The notes: generated by a model not told the origin, from the letters alone. 31,315 bases of DNA from Promethearchaeota archaeon (GCA_048941265.1 JBHLNT010000034.1:1-31315), one strand, 5' to 3'. Positions 1-10,093 are shown, counted from the stretch's first letter. Made by a program: numbers and translations.

Positions 1-1257
1 GATAATATTAGTTTTAATATAAAAAAAGGGGAAATTTTCGCTTTACTAGGACCTAATGGAGCGGGAAAAACTACCACAATATCAATTCTAGCCACTCTAT
101 TATTTCCTACTGAAGGAACGGCTGTTGTAAATAATTTTGACGTCCAAAAGAATCCACACTATGTTCGAAGAAGCATTGGAATCGTTTTCCAAGAACCGTC
201 GTTAGACAGTGAAATGAAAGGTTTGGAAAATTTAGAGCTACACGCTATTTTATACGGAATGCCAAAAGGCAAGAGACGGAAAAAAATTAAAGAGGTACTT
301 AAGCTAGTTGATTTAGAAGATAAAGCAAGTGCTTTTGTAAAAAATTATTCAGGAGGAATGAAAAGACGATTAGAAATCGCACGAGGATTATTACATGAAC
401 CTCACATTTTGTTTTTAGACGAACCAACTTTGGGATTAGATCCTCAGACACGGCGAAAAATTTGGGAAAAAATTATGGAATTAAATCACGATTTAAATAT
501 TACAATTTTAATTACAACCCATTATATGGAAGAAGCAGATGAGCTTGCCGATAGAATCTGTATTATGGATCATGGTAAAATAATTGCCTTGGATTCTTCT
601 GAGAATCTTAAAAAACAAATCTCAGGAGATATAATTGATATACAATTCGAAAAATTTGAAGATAAAACTAGAATTCCGATGCTAATTACTCAGCTTAGGG
701 AATTGCCGGGAATTAAAAATCTAACTTTTGGTAGTTTGAAAGGTTTGGAAGATGAAATCCCTATGAATCTTAATCTCCCTAAAAATATTCCAAATGTTAA
801 TCCTGAAATGATTAAAGCACGAGTAAGAGAGATAATATCAGATCCTAATAAACTTATATCAGCATGGAAAAAATATCCGATGGCATCCCAAATGTTTTTG
901 AATGCTCCATTAGAAATGAAAAAAAAGGTTGCGAATCTTTTTACGGATGACCAATTAAATCAAATTCCAGAAGGGATTAAAGATGAAATTGCTAAAATCA
1001 GAGACGGAGAAATAACGGAGCTAGAAAATGAAACCGAGCCAATAATTTCTATTTCTTGCGAGAATGGAGGAAAGTCTCTTCCTCAAATTATTCAAAAAAT
1101 CAATAATAATAATTTAACTATAAAAACGGTTAATATGCACCAGCCTAAATTAGAGGATGTTTTTTTGCATTTTGTGGGTAAAGCGATAAGAGAGGAATCG
1201 TCGAATCGTTCTAAAAATATAAAACAATTTATTCAAATGAGGCAATTAAGGAAGTGA
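1..1257 (+). CDS. ABC transporter ATP-binding protein (DrrA/ABC-2 exporter type), 5'-truncated by the window edge
   Basis: The frame is open from base 1 (DNISFNIKKGEIFALLGPNGAGKTTT, Walker A), so the true start lies upstream of the 214 ATG. Signature YSGGMKRR, Walker B ILFLDEPT, H-loop TTHYMEEA and C-terminal PKLEDVFLHFVG are present. Confidence 0.95.
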   Translation, partial: DNISFNIKKGEIFALLGPNGAGKTTTISILATLLFPTEGTAVVNNFDVQKNPHYVRRSIGIVFQEPSLDSEMKGLENLELHAILYGMPKGKRRKKIKEVLKLVDLEDKASAFVKNYSGGMKRRLEIARGLLHEPHILFLDEPTLGLDPQTRRKIWEKIMELNHDLNITILITTHYMEEADELADRICIMDHGKIIALDSSENLKKQISGDIIDIQFEKFEDKTRIPMLITQLRELPGIKNLTFGSLKGLEDEIPMNLNLPKNIPNVNPEMIKARVREIISDPNKLISAWKKYPMASQMFLNAPLEMKKKVANLFTDDQLNQIPEGIKDEIAKIRDGEITELENETEPIISISCENGGKSLPQIIQKINNNNLTIKTVNMHQPKLEDVFLHFVGKAIREESSNRSKNIKQFIQMRQLRK

Positions 1258-1263
1258 GATAAA

Positions 1264-2061
1264 ATGTCAGAATTTTCAATGCTAAGAAAATTTAATTATC
1301 AAGCTGTGTGGATTTTGGCCAAAAGGGAAGTGATGGAATATATAAGAAGCAAACCTAGAGTTATTTCATCATTAGCCCAGGGATTTCTTTTTTTGTTGAT
1401 ATTTAGTGCTGGATTTGCTATTATTCGAATAAATATTCAAGGAGTAGCTATCGATTCCAGAGCATTCATAGCTTCAGGTATAGCCGCAATAATGATTCTC
1501 TTTACAGGGATCTTTGGTGGAATGGGAGTAATGAGGGATAAGATGTTTGGTTTCATGAAAGAATTAATTGTGGCTCCTGTGAGCAGAAGAACATTGATGA
1601 TGGGTAAAACTTTAGGAGTTGCCTTGCAAACTTTAATTCAGGTTGAAATAATTGTAGGTTTAAGCGCAGCCTTAGGATTTTTTGGCTATGATATTAGTTT
1701 AATTTGGCGCATGTTGTTAATTATTCCTGTAGCATTCTTAGCTAGCATAGGTATTGTAGGGATAGGATTAACTATTAGTACAAGGATTAGGGACTTCCAA
1801 TCGTTCGGATTAATACAAACTTTTGTCGTCATGCCCATGTTCTGGTTTTCTGGGGCACTATTTGCATTCAATAATGTTCCATTTTTTATGCAAGTTATAA
1901 TGATATGTAATCCTTTCACTTATAGCGTTGATCTATTTAGAGCAGTATTATTAAATGTTTCATTTTTTCCCATATGGTTAGATTTATTAGTTATGATTCT
2001 GTTTGGAACTACATTTATCCTAATAGGCGCACGATCATTTAGTAAAATGGAGATTAGCTAA
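1264..2061 (+). CDS. ABC-2 type transporter permease
   Basis: About 6 hydrophobic segments, with motifs RDKMFGFMKELIVAPVSR, FSGALF and NPFTYSVDLFR. Lies 6 bp after the ATPase gene. Confidence 0.93.
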   Translation: MSEFSMLRKFNYQAVWILAKREVMEYIRSKPRVISSLAQGFLFLLIFSAGFAIIRINIQGVAIDSRAFIASGIAAIMILFTGIFGGMGVMRDKMFGFMKELIVAPVSRRTLMMGKTLGVALQTLIQVEIIVGLSAALGFFGYDISLIWRMLLIIPVAFLASIGIVGIGLTISTRIRDFQSFGLIQTFVVMPMFWFSGALFAFNNVPFFMQVIMICNPFTYSVDLFRAVLLNVSFFPIWLDLLVMILFGTTFILIGARSFSKMEIS

Positions 2062-2171
2062 TATAGAACTCTTCTAACTCACTTATTATTTTTCTTGATT
2101 ATTTATTTGAAAAAAAATATATGTTTCAGCAAATTATTTCATTAATTCAATAATATTCTCTTGCTTTCAAA

Positions 2172-2345
2172 TTATAACGGACTTAATGTTGCGCTACCAT
2201 GTTTTTGAACTTCCTCAGCAAGAGGCATAATTTCTTCAGTCTAAACGGGAACTATGTCAAAAATGGTCATAAGTTCTAATTTAAGCATTGCTTTGATGGT
2301 TTCTGTTAGATTACTACAATCTCCCGAAAAGAAAATAAATAATTT
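2172..2345 (-). pseudogene. Possible gene remnant with an internal TAG
   Basis: The minus strand reads ...FSGDCSNLTETIKAMLKLELMTIFDIVPV*TEEIMPLAEEVQKHGSATLSPL*, with TAG at 2243-2241. The region is more GC-rich than its flanks, and no clear start was found. Confidence 0.25.
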
Positions 2346-2441
2346 CCTATAAAAAATTTTTCGATCATTATTTGAATTAAAAAATATTATTTTTAACAGT
2401 AATTTTATTTTAAAATTAATAATTTATTAGGTGGAAATTAT

Positions 2442-3035
2442 TTGAGTTTAAGATTAGAGAATATAAAGGAAGAAGATCGCGGAATTCTAGCCCCATGCGG
2501 AATTCTTTGTCTAGGATGCGATACCCATCTCGGGGAGGGAATTGAAGCGGCAAAAAAACTTGTAGATGTGTGGGAAGGGTGGAATATGCTAGATGTTGGT
2601 CCTGTTCTTGGTTTGAATGAAAAAGGAATTAAGACTACGTTAAAAACATTGAAGAAATACGTTAAAATGGGTAAGAGAGGGCTCTGCCCAGGATGCTTCA
2701 ACAATCAAGGTCCCCCATCAGCTATTTGCGGCATAGCAAATTGTGTTAAATCTAAAGGGTATTGGACATGTGCTGAGTGTGATGAATACAATCCAGAATC
2801 AGAAACTCCTTGCCCGAATATAAACAAAGATGCCATGCCTATCGTAGATAAAGGACAAATGAGTAAAATAATTTGCATTCGCTATAGTAAAGATACTATT
2901 AATAATTTAAAAAAATGCCGCGAGATTGGCTATGATGCGTTTATCAAAGAAGCAAAAGAAAAAGTGGAGAAAGGATGGAGAACATGGCAAATAATTAGCG
3001 ATAAAATGATATTTTCAGATGCGATGAAAAAATAG
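2442..3035 (+). CDS. Cys-rich DUF3795-like protein
   Basis: Cys clusters APCGILCLGC, CPGC, CGIANC and TCAEC are typical of DUF3795. TTG start preceded by AGGTGG. Confidence 0.75.
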   Translation: MSLRLENIKEEDRGILAPCGILCLGCDTHLGEGIEAAKKLVDVWEGWNMLDVGPVLGLNEKGIKTTLKTLKKYVKMGKRGLCPGCFNNQGPPSAICGIANCVKSKGYWTCAECDEYNPESETPCPNINKDAMPIVDKGQMSKIICIRYSKDTINNLKKCREIGYDAFIKEAKEKVEKGWRTWQIISDKMIFSDAMKK

Positions 3036-3128
3036 ATTCGTATAATAATTTTTAAAAATGTTTTTTTTATTGATTTTATTTTATTTATTGCATTTTGGTT
3101 TTCGATATTAATAGAAAAAAGGGATATT

Positions 3129-3899
3129 ATGCCATTTTTAAAATATAAAGAAAAGAACATTTTTTATCAAATTAAGGAAGCTGAAGCAGGAAAAGCAATT
3201 GTATTTATACACGGGTCGGGAGGAAATTCATATGTGTGGAATAATCAGTTAGCGAAACTTAACACGAATTATAATCTAATAGCAATTGATTTACCTTCTC
3301 ATGATCAATCAGATAATTTTTCAGAACTTTCCCTTGAACTTTACGTTGATGTTGTTAATAGCCTGGTTAATGCTCTAAAATTAAAGGATATTGTTCTAGT
3401 AGGGCATTCTTTAGGTGGAGCTGTCATTCAATCATATTATTTTAATTATCCCAATGAAGTTTCTGCGTTAATTTTAGTAGGTACAGGTGCTAGATTAAGA
3501 GTAAGTCCAATCATTCTTACTTCCTTGCAGAAGGATTTTCAAGAATTTTTAAAAGGGTTACCCATTGGAGCTTTTTATCGTAGAACATCAAAAGAATTAA
3601 TTAATGAATATTTAGCTGAAACATCCAAAACAGAACCTCAGGTAATTTATAGCGATTTTAAAATCTGTGACGCATTTGATAGAATGGACAAGATGAGCTT
3701 AATTAATGTTCCATGTCTAATAATCTGCGGAAGTGATGACCGCTTAACTCCTCCGAAATATTCAACCTATTTCCATGAAAACTTAAAAACATCTGAATTG
3801 ATCATAATAAAAAAAGCAAGTCATATGGTTATGCTTGAAAAACCTGAGGAAATGAATCAAGCTATAGAATTATTTATAAAAAAATATTTATCCATTTAA
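3129..3899 (+). CDS. Alpha/beta-fold hydrolase
   Basis: FIHGSGG oxyanion motif, GHSLGG nucleophile elbow, acid in GSDD, His in ASHMV. Confidence 0.92.
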   Translation: MPFLKYKEKNIFYQIKEAEAGKAIVFIHGSGGNSYVWNNQLAKLNTNYNLIAIDLPSHDQSDNFSELSLELYVDVVNSLVNALKLKDIVLVGHSLGGAVIQSYYFNYPNEVSALILVGTGARLRVSPIILTSLQKDFQEFLKGLPIGAFYRRTSKELINEYLAETSKTEPQVIYSDFKICDAFDRMDKMSLINVPCLIICGSDDRLTPPKYSTYFHENLKTSELIIIKKASHMVMLEKPEEMNQAIELFIKKYLSI

Positions 3900-3912
3900 A
3901 AACGGGGCACTG

Positions 3913-4527
3913 TTATTTTCGCAACATAGCGAAAATCGAAAGGTTTGTATTAGGAGTTATATCTTCTTCAATAACATCAAAACCTAAATGTTGATAAATA
4001 GAAACATTTTTCTCATCATGAGTTTCTAAATAGCAGGGAATATTTTGCTCCTCGCATTGGGCCAATTTTGGTTTTAATAATTTGCTCGCATACCCTTTAC
4101 CTTGATGTATAGGATTCACACCAATAGAGCTTAAATACCAGTGAGAAAAATCTGCTGTATGTCGTTTATGGAGTAAAACTTTATGACTTTCACACAGTTC
4201 TAGTCTTTTAAAATATTCATCTCCCATCTTTTTATAAAAAGAATTAAATCCCGCTTTCCTTATTTTTCTTGCCTTCATTTCTGCTTCCCAGTAAGGAAGC
4301 CAAATCGCAATTCCCTCCAGGTTATGAGATGTAGTATATACTTCACCGAATAAAGTTCCATATCTTAATATAAACTCAAAAGCATAAAGGTTTTTTTCTT
4401 TTCTTTCTTGGCTGTCGGGAAGAGTATATACTGAAAATGGTTCTTGCTGAAATGTTTTACCCATAACTTTTGCAGCTGTTTTAATTTTCTCTTCGGGTAA
4501 ACGAATCGGGCTATTCAAATCTAACAT
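3913..4527 (-). CDS. GNAT N-acetyltransferase
   Basis: WYLSSIGVNPIHQGKGYAS (motif A), CYLET and NVSIYQHLGF. Confidence 0.9.
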   Translation of the reverse strand: MLDLNSPIRLPEEKIKTAAKVMGKTFQQEPFSVYTLPDSQERKEKNLYAFEFILRYGTLFGEVYTTSHNLEGIAIWLPYWEAEMKARKIRKAGFNSFYKKMGDEYFKRLELCESHKVLLHKRHTADFSHWYLSSIGVNPIHQGKGYASKLLKPKLAQCEEQNIPCYLETHDEKNVSIYQHLGFDVIEEDITPNTNLSIFAMLRK

Positions 4528-4717
4528 TTAAATAATTTACTTCACAAGTATTAAATTTTTATTTAAATATATAAAATATAAAAATATTTATTCACGTCAC
4601 TAAGAACATTTACTCTTGGTATTAAATTTGATATTTTTTAAAAAATAGAAAATCATTTTAGATTAAGTTTTATAATTATAAAGCGTTAATTTGATTAATT
4701 CTAACATAAATTAGCGA

Positions 4718-5518
4718 ATGAATATTTTGCGAATGTATACTTATGGTCCATTTCAGTCAAGGCGATTAGGGCTTTCTCTAGGTGTAAATATTTTACCAAA
4801 ATATAAATTGTGTACCTTCAATTGCGTGTATTGTGAAATAGGTTCAACTGACCAATTGGTTTCTCCTAACTTTAGAATAAAGGCCCCTCCTTCTCCACAA
4901 TTTAGGAAAGAATTAAAAGACATCCTAAAATTTTTTCATCATCTAGATTCAATTACATTCGGATATAATGGAGAACCGACTTTGAATGAAGATTTATTAG
5001 ATTTTCATAGAATTACTACAGATGTAAGAGAAGAGATTGAATGGACAAAGAAAATGCCTCTACTTACATTATTTACTAATTCAAGCACGTTATATATGCA
5101 AGAAATAAGAAGTAGAGTAAAACAGTTTGATTTAGTTTTAGCTAAATTAGATGTCTCGACAGACGAAGATCTACAACGAACTAATTTTCCTCATCCAGAA
5201 GCTCCAGCTATCGAAACCATAATTGATTCTCTTGTAAAATTAAAACAAGAAATGCCAAAAAATCATAAATTGGCAATCCAGAGTTTAATTTATAATTCAT
5301 ATAGAGAAGATTTCATTCCCAATAATAATCCTGCGAATATATCTAAGTTATCTTTAGCAATCAAGAAGATTAAACCGGATTTAGTTCAGATATATTCCGT
5401 GGCAAGAATTCCCGCGAGTTATTTTGTCTTTTCGATTGACGAGGCAAGGAAGAAGCAAATTGTAGAACAGATTCAAAAAGTTGTAAACGATGAAAAGGTA
5501 GAGATAGCTTATTATTGA
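4718..5518 (+). CDS. Radical SAM protein (COG0731-like)
   Basis: GPFQSRRLGLSLGVN, CxxxCxxC motif CTFNCVYC, NGEPTL and FTNSS. Confidence 0.9.
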   Translation: MNILRMYTYGPFQSRRLGLSLGVNILPKYKLCTFNCVYCEIGSTDQLVSPNFRIKAPPSPQFRKELKDILKFFHHLDSITFGYNGEPTLNEDLLDFHRITTDVREEIEWTKKMPLLTLFTNSSTLYMQEIRSRVKQFDLVLAKLDVSTDEDLQRTNFPHPEAPAIETIIDSLVKLKQEMPKNHKLAIQSLIYNSYREDFIPNNNPANISKLSLAIKKIKPDLVQIYSVARIPASYFVFSIDEARKKQIVEQIQKVVNDEKVEIAYY

Positions 5519-5594
5519 TGAACTCAATCCATTTTTCTTAACAAATTATTAAGCAAAATTCAAAAATTACATAAATTTATTTTTGTTAGTATAA

Positions 5595-7016
5595 TTGCTG
5601 ATGGAGAAAAAAGATTTAATACTGAAATTAAATGAAATTAAAGGAAAAATAGGTTTTAAAATAAATCCCTCAATAATTAAAGATCTAGCAGCTATTTACG
5701 GATTATGGATTAGAGAGAAAGATAATAAAGCGATAATAGGAAGAGATACAAGACCAAGCGGGGAACTTATTGAAAACGCGATTATAGAAGGTTTGCATTC
5801 TGTTGGTTGTAAGGTAAATAATTTAGGGATTTGCCCAACCCCAGTTATTTTCTATTTAAAAAACAAATATAATATAAAAGGAGGGATTTTAATTTCAGCT
5901 TCTAATAGACCTATTAATTGGAATAAAATTAAATTATATATTGATGATGATTTTTCATTTATTTTTGAATTGAAAGGAGAATACAGAAATCAAAATAGAG
6001 AGTATTCAAAGCATTATAATTACATTCAAAAAAATCAGATTTTGCAAAACATTAATCCCATTTCTACATACGTTAATGATTTATTAGAAAATTTTAATAT
6101 AGTAGAAATTAGAAGACAGAATAAACTTAGGGTAATTGTAGATCCAGGTGCGGGAGCAAGTAAACTCTTTACTCCAAATATATTGGAGAGATTGGGGTGT
6201 GAGGTTTTAGTGATTAATAAGGAATTAGATAAGAACAATGAATTTCCTCGAGAATTGAACCCCATAAAAGAAAATTTGAAAGACTTGATGCTAGCACTAT
6301 GGAAAGGTAACTTGGATATAGGTTTTGCTCATGATTGTGATGCTAATAAAGTTACCATAATAAGTGATGATTTTGAATGTTATTCTGAAGACATTATTTC
6401 TGCACTCATCATTGAAAATTACATAAAACATAAAGAGAATAGTGATAAAAGTGTTATTTTCCTGTTAAATTTAGCCTCATCTCTGCGATTTGAAAATCTT
6501 GCTGAACGTTATAATATACAAGTTTTAAAATCATATGTCGAAAACAAATATTTAAAGAAAAAGATTAATAAATTACTTACTGAAGAAAAGTATTTTATTT
6601 TTGGAACAGATAGATTGTGTGGAGGACCTGTTTTTACTAATTTTAGTAAAGTAAGTGATGGATTTTTTATTAGCGCAAAATTAATAGAGATTTTAGTCGA
6701 TTCTGGTACAAAGTTATCTAACTTAATATCCAAACTTCCTAAATATTATTCATACCATGAAAAGATTCCTATATTAAAACAAAAACTCGATATTATTATT
6801 AAAAAGTTATATGATGAATTATCTAAAGAAGGGGAAACTGTAAATAAAGTGGGTAATAATTTAAGGTTTGGTCATGAAAAGGATTGGTTTGTATTAGTTT
6901 TTCCCTCACAAGATTCTGCAATAAAGGTGTATAGTGAAGCGAGAAGAGATTCATTAGCAAGACTTTATTGCGAAACTACTACAGAATTACTAAAATTAGT
7001 TGTGTCTAATGTGTAA
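5595..7016 (+). CDS. Alpha-D-phosphohexomutase (PMM/PGM/GlmM) family protein with degenerate catalytic motifs
   Basis: Scaffold motifs IGRDTRPSG, GICPTP, VDPGAGA and IKVYSEA are present. The active loops read SASNRP, HDCDANK and GTDRLCGG. Confidence 0.85.
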   Translation: MLMEKKDLILKLNEIKGKIGFKINPSIIKDLAAIYGLWIREKDNKAIIGRDTRPSGELIENAIIEGLHSVGCKVNNLGICPTPVIFYLKNKYNIKGGILISASNRPINWNKIKLYIDDDFSFIFELKGEYRNQNREYSKHYNYIQKNQILQNINPISTYVNDLLENFNIVEIRRQNKLRVIVDPGAGASKLFTPNILERLGCEVLVINKELDKNNEFPRELNPIKENLKDLMLALWKGNLDIGFAHDCDANKVTIISDDFECYSEDIISALIIENYIKHKENSDKSVIFLLNLASSLRFENLAERYNIQVLKSYVENKYLKKKINKLLTEEKYFIFGTDRLCGGPVFTNFSKVSDGFFISAKLIEILVDSGTKLSNLISKLPKYYSYHEKIPILKQKLDIIIKKLYDELSKEGETVNKVGNNLRFGHEKDWFVLVFPSQDSAIKVYSEARRDSLARLYCETTTELLKLVVSNV

Positions 7017-7048
7017 AAATTATTAATTTTTGTGGTATGATTTATTTT

Positions 7049-7071
7049 TTCCCATCATTTTCCCACCATAT
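7049..7071 (+). repeat. Imperfect 23-bp direct repeat, copy 1
   Basis: TTCCCATCATTTTCCCACCATAT, 21/23 identical to 8470-8492. Confidence 0.6.
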
Positions 7072-7713
7072 CACTCCAATCGCGGAAAATTTATTAAAAG
7101 ATCTAGTAAAAAACAAGGATATATGGTCCTATAATATTTATAACTACGATTAATTTCAATGATATTAGATTTATCGATGAGTTTTAAAATTACATTGTAT
7201 GGTCTACATTTATTCTTCATATCAATTTTACGGATAATTTTTGTATTTTGATTTGAATCTAATTAAAAAAATTCGATAAGAATTCATAGCAATATAAGCT
7301 TAGTGATTCAGAATAGTCTAAATTATTCTAATAAAATTAAAATCCTTAACAATCAATCAAAAATCGAGACAAAATTAGAGAAAATAGGCAAGTTTAAAAC
7401 TGAGCAACAAGTTAAAAACTTTTTAGAAATATAAGACTATTTTCCTTAAATTATAATAAGTGATCACGCATTTAAAGAAAAAAGGAGTAATTCTTCTTAA
7501 CATGGGTCTAGTGCTAATCTCAACATGCACTCATAATATTTATTTGAATATTTAAATTATCATCGATAAAAATTAAAACTCACTGAAACTTTCCGAAATT
7601 TATTCCATTTTGATAAAAGTCCACTTCATTATAGAGCAAGCTTTAAATATAAAGAAATGTAACTTACTTTAAATGCAATTTTTTATAAATTTTAAATAAT
7701 AAAGGTTAGAAAT

Positions 7714-7962
7714 ATGGCAGCAAAGAATTTAGCATTATTTATTATAGGAATTATATTAGTTTTAGTAGGTTTAGGATTGATATTCTGGGGAATTTATTTG
7801 ATATGGGCAGGTTCAGTAATTAGTTCTTATGAATCAGAAGCCGCAGCATATGGTTATTCAGGTAATGTTGGAGCATATTATACTACTATGGGAGTTGTAG
7901 GTCTTATTATAGGAATTATACTGTTAATTGTTGGTATAATTTTAATTAAAAAAGGTAAGTAG
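7714..7962 (+). CDS. Small two-TM membrane protein
   Basis: 82 aa with two Gly/Ile-rich hydrophobic helices and a basic KKGK tail, followed by a T-tract. Confidence 0.8.
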   Translation: MAAKNLALFIIGIILVLVGLGLIFWGIYLIWAGSVISSYESEAAAYGYSGNVGAYYTTMGVVGLIIGIILLIVGIILIKKGK

Positions 7963-7982
7963 TACATTAATCTTTAAAATTC

Positions 7983-7994
7983 TTTTTTTTTTTA
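7983..7994 (+). terminator. Oligo-T archaeal-type terminator candidate
   Basis: Run of 12 T about 20 nt after the stop of 7714..7962. Confidence 0.4.
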
Positions 7995-8469
7995 TTACTA
8001 TAAAACTAAATCAATATCTTCTGTACATAATTTTTCTATATTTTTTCATTAGTGCGTTAAAGGCGATCCCTCTCTTTTTTCTTACCAAATTTATTGATCA
8101 AATGTAAATTCCATCAAAATTATGATTTTTTAAGAATAATGTAAAATTTCCTCCTAAAAATTACTCTTCTCTAAAATCTATTTTAGTAGAATTGATTTTA
8201 TTTAACATTGAAGAATTTGAGACCTTAGAGGAATTTAAGAAATTGTTAAAGACCTTAAGTTTATGTGAATTAATCAAAGTCAATCACATTCAGAATTGGG
8301 AAATTAAACGAGAACGTTTAATGTTTTAATTATATTTTTTGAGCTTTCTACTCTTAGTATTAAACAATTTTATTCATGTTAGTTGAATGTCACGCAAAAA
8401 TTTCCATATGAGATTTTATCTAAATAAATTGGTAAAAAAAGTCTAATTTGAAAAAGAAATTTAAATACA

Positions 8470-8492
8470 TTCCCATCAATTTCCCACCACAT
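8470..8492 (+). repeat. Imperfect 23-bp direct repeat, copy 2
   Basis: TTCCCATCAATTTCCCACCACAT, matches 7049-7071 with 2 mismatches. Confidence 0.6.
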
Positions 8493-8549
8493 TGATGTAA
8501 GTCCAGAAATTTCACGATAAATTTATAAATTATGCTATTGAATGAAGTA

Positions 8550-8819
8550 TTAACCAATAAAGTTGTTGATAATACCATGACTATTAACTTTACTCTTGGA
8601 TATTGGATTATAAAAAGAACAGTATTAATCCGTACTTCGTCTGCTTATAATCTTATAGTCATGACTAATATTTCATTCCCTTTAGGAATGGCTATTATCT
8701 AACATAATTTTGGCACCCCGACTACTTTATTACTTTAATACTTTCAACATTTCCTCACCATACTTAAATGGACATTCTTTTAATCATAGAAATCCATATG
8801 CCAAAATTGTTTTTTTGCG
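8550..8819 (-). pseudogene. Possible decayed C-terminal fragment of a Dam-like (D12 class) DNA adenine methyltransferase
   Basis: One minus frame with many stops reads ...EEMLKVLK**SSRGAKIMLDNSHS*RE*NISHDYKIISRRS...SKSKVNSHGIINNF. This resembles the Dam C-terminal pattern (RGxKxMLSNS...YKI...RRS...KV). Resemblance judged by eye only. Confidence 0.3.
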
Positions 8820-8854
8820 ATAACATAAAAAAAATTTAAAAAAGGTGTGAAAAA

Positions 8855-10093
8855 ATGTCAGAATTAGAAAAAACCAGAGAGTTTGGAAAGATTTTACCAA
8901 AACAAGACATTGATTTCAAAGGAATCAGCTTTAAGGCTAATATACGCAAGTCATATTTAGTGTCTTTTTTTAGAGGTTGCCATTTTATTTCAGGAGTTTT
9001 ATTGCCGTTTTTTCTGGAATGGGGTGAATTAACATTTTTTCAAGTAATGCTATTACAGAGCTATTTTACAATTATGATTGTTGTACTTGAAATTCCTTGT
9101 GGAGCAATATCAGATTATATCAGTAGAAAATTTTCACTATTTTTAGGAGCATTAGCAATGGCGCTAGCAGCAATAATTTATTCAAGTATGCCAAATATCT
9201 TACTGTTTATTATTGGAGAAACCTTATTTGCATTAGGATTTGCGCTAATATCTGGGTCTGATGAGGCCTTTGTTTTCGATACTCTAAGAAAAATGGAAAG
9301 AGAAAATGAAATGCCAAAAATAATAGCCAGAAATAGAAGTTTTTTCTTAGCAGGAATTGGAATATCGGCTCCTATTGGTTCCATGATAACATTGTTTTAT
9401 CCGCTTCAATATTCTATGACATTCATGTTTTTTCCTTTTATTATAGCAGCTTTAATTACGTTATCACTTAAAGAACCCAACCATGACTTAGAAAGAGCGT
9501 CATCAAATTACCTATCCGTCGTTCAATCAGGATTCAGTGAGCTCAAGAAAAAGAAAACTTTGAGAATTCTGGCATTTGACTTTGTAATTGTTGATGTGTT
9601 AGTATTTCTCTTAGTGTGGACTTATCAGCTTTATCTAGATGTATTATTAGTGCCTTTGGTGTTTTTCGGTTTTATAGCAGCCACCATGACTTTTACACAA
9701 ATAATATTTTTTAACCTCATACCAAAATTACAGAAACGCTTGAAAAATAAAAAATTGTTTCTTACAATTTATACACTAATACCAGGCATAGCATATATTC
9801 TTATAGCATTCATTTCAATTACTCCAATTGGTATTATTTTGATATTAATTATCATTGGAATTGGATTCTCAAGAAATATCATATTTATCAGTGGAATTAA
9901 CAAGAATATAGAAAAAGAAAACAGAGCTACTGTTTTAAGCACAATTAGTATGATACGGAGCTTAATAATTACAATACTCTATCCAATTATAGGATTACTA
10001 GCAATGTGGAATTTGAATTATACATTTATAATCTTAGGGATATCAATAATATTAATTGCCTTACTCTCAAGGGTGAAAAATGAGTATTTATAA
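8855..10093 (+). CDS. MFS transporter
   Basis: About 12 TM segments, motif A-like EIPCGAISDYISRK, SGSDEAFVFD and NRATVLS. AGGTG lies upstream of the start. Confidence 0.93.
   Translation: MSELEKTREFGKILPKQDIDFKGISFKANIRKSYLVSFFRGCHFISGVLLPFFLEWGELTFFQVMLLQSYFTIMIVVLEIPCGAISDYISRKFSLFLGALAMALAAIIYSSMPNILLFIIGETLFALGFALISGSDEAFVFDTLRKMERENEMPKIIARNRSFFLAGIGISAPIGSMITLFYPLQYSMTFMFFPFIIAALITLSLKEPNHDLERASSNYLSVVQSGFSELKKKKTLRILAFDFVIVDVLVFLLVWTYQLYLDVLLVPLVFFGFIAATMTFTQIIFFNLIPKLQKRLKNKKLFLTIYTLIPGIAYILIAFISITPIGIILILIIIGIGFSRNIIFISGINKNIEKENRATVLSTISMIRSLIITILYPIIGLLAMWNLNYTFIILGISIILIALLSRVKNEYL

Noticed and set aside
214-216. ATG at 214 as the ABC ATPase start
   Set aside because: Walker A lies upstream in the same open frame, so the gene begins before the window.
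7300-8330. Protein-like plus-strand fragments near 7330-7540 and 8126-8329
   Set aside because: Internal stops or no clear start, and no recognisable family. Noted only as possible decay.
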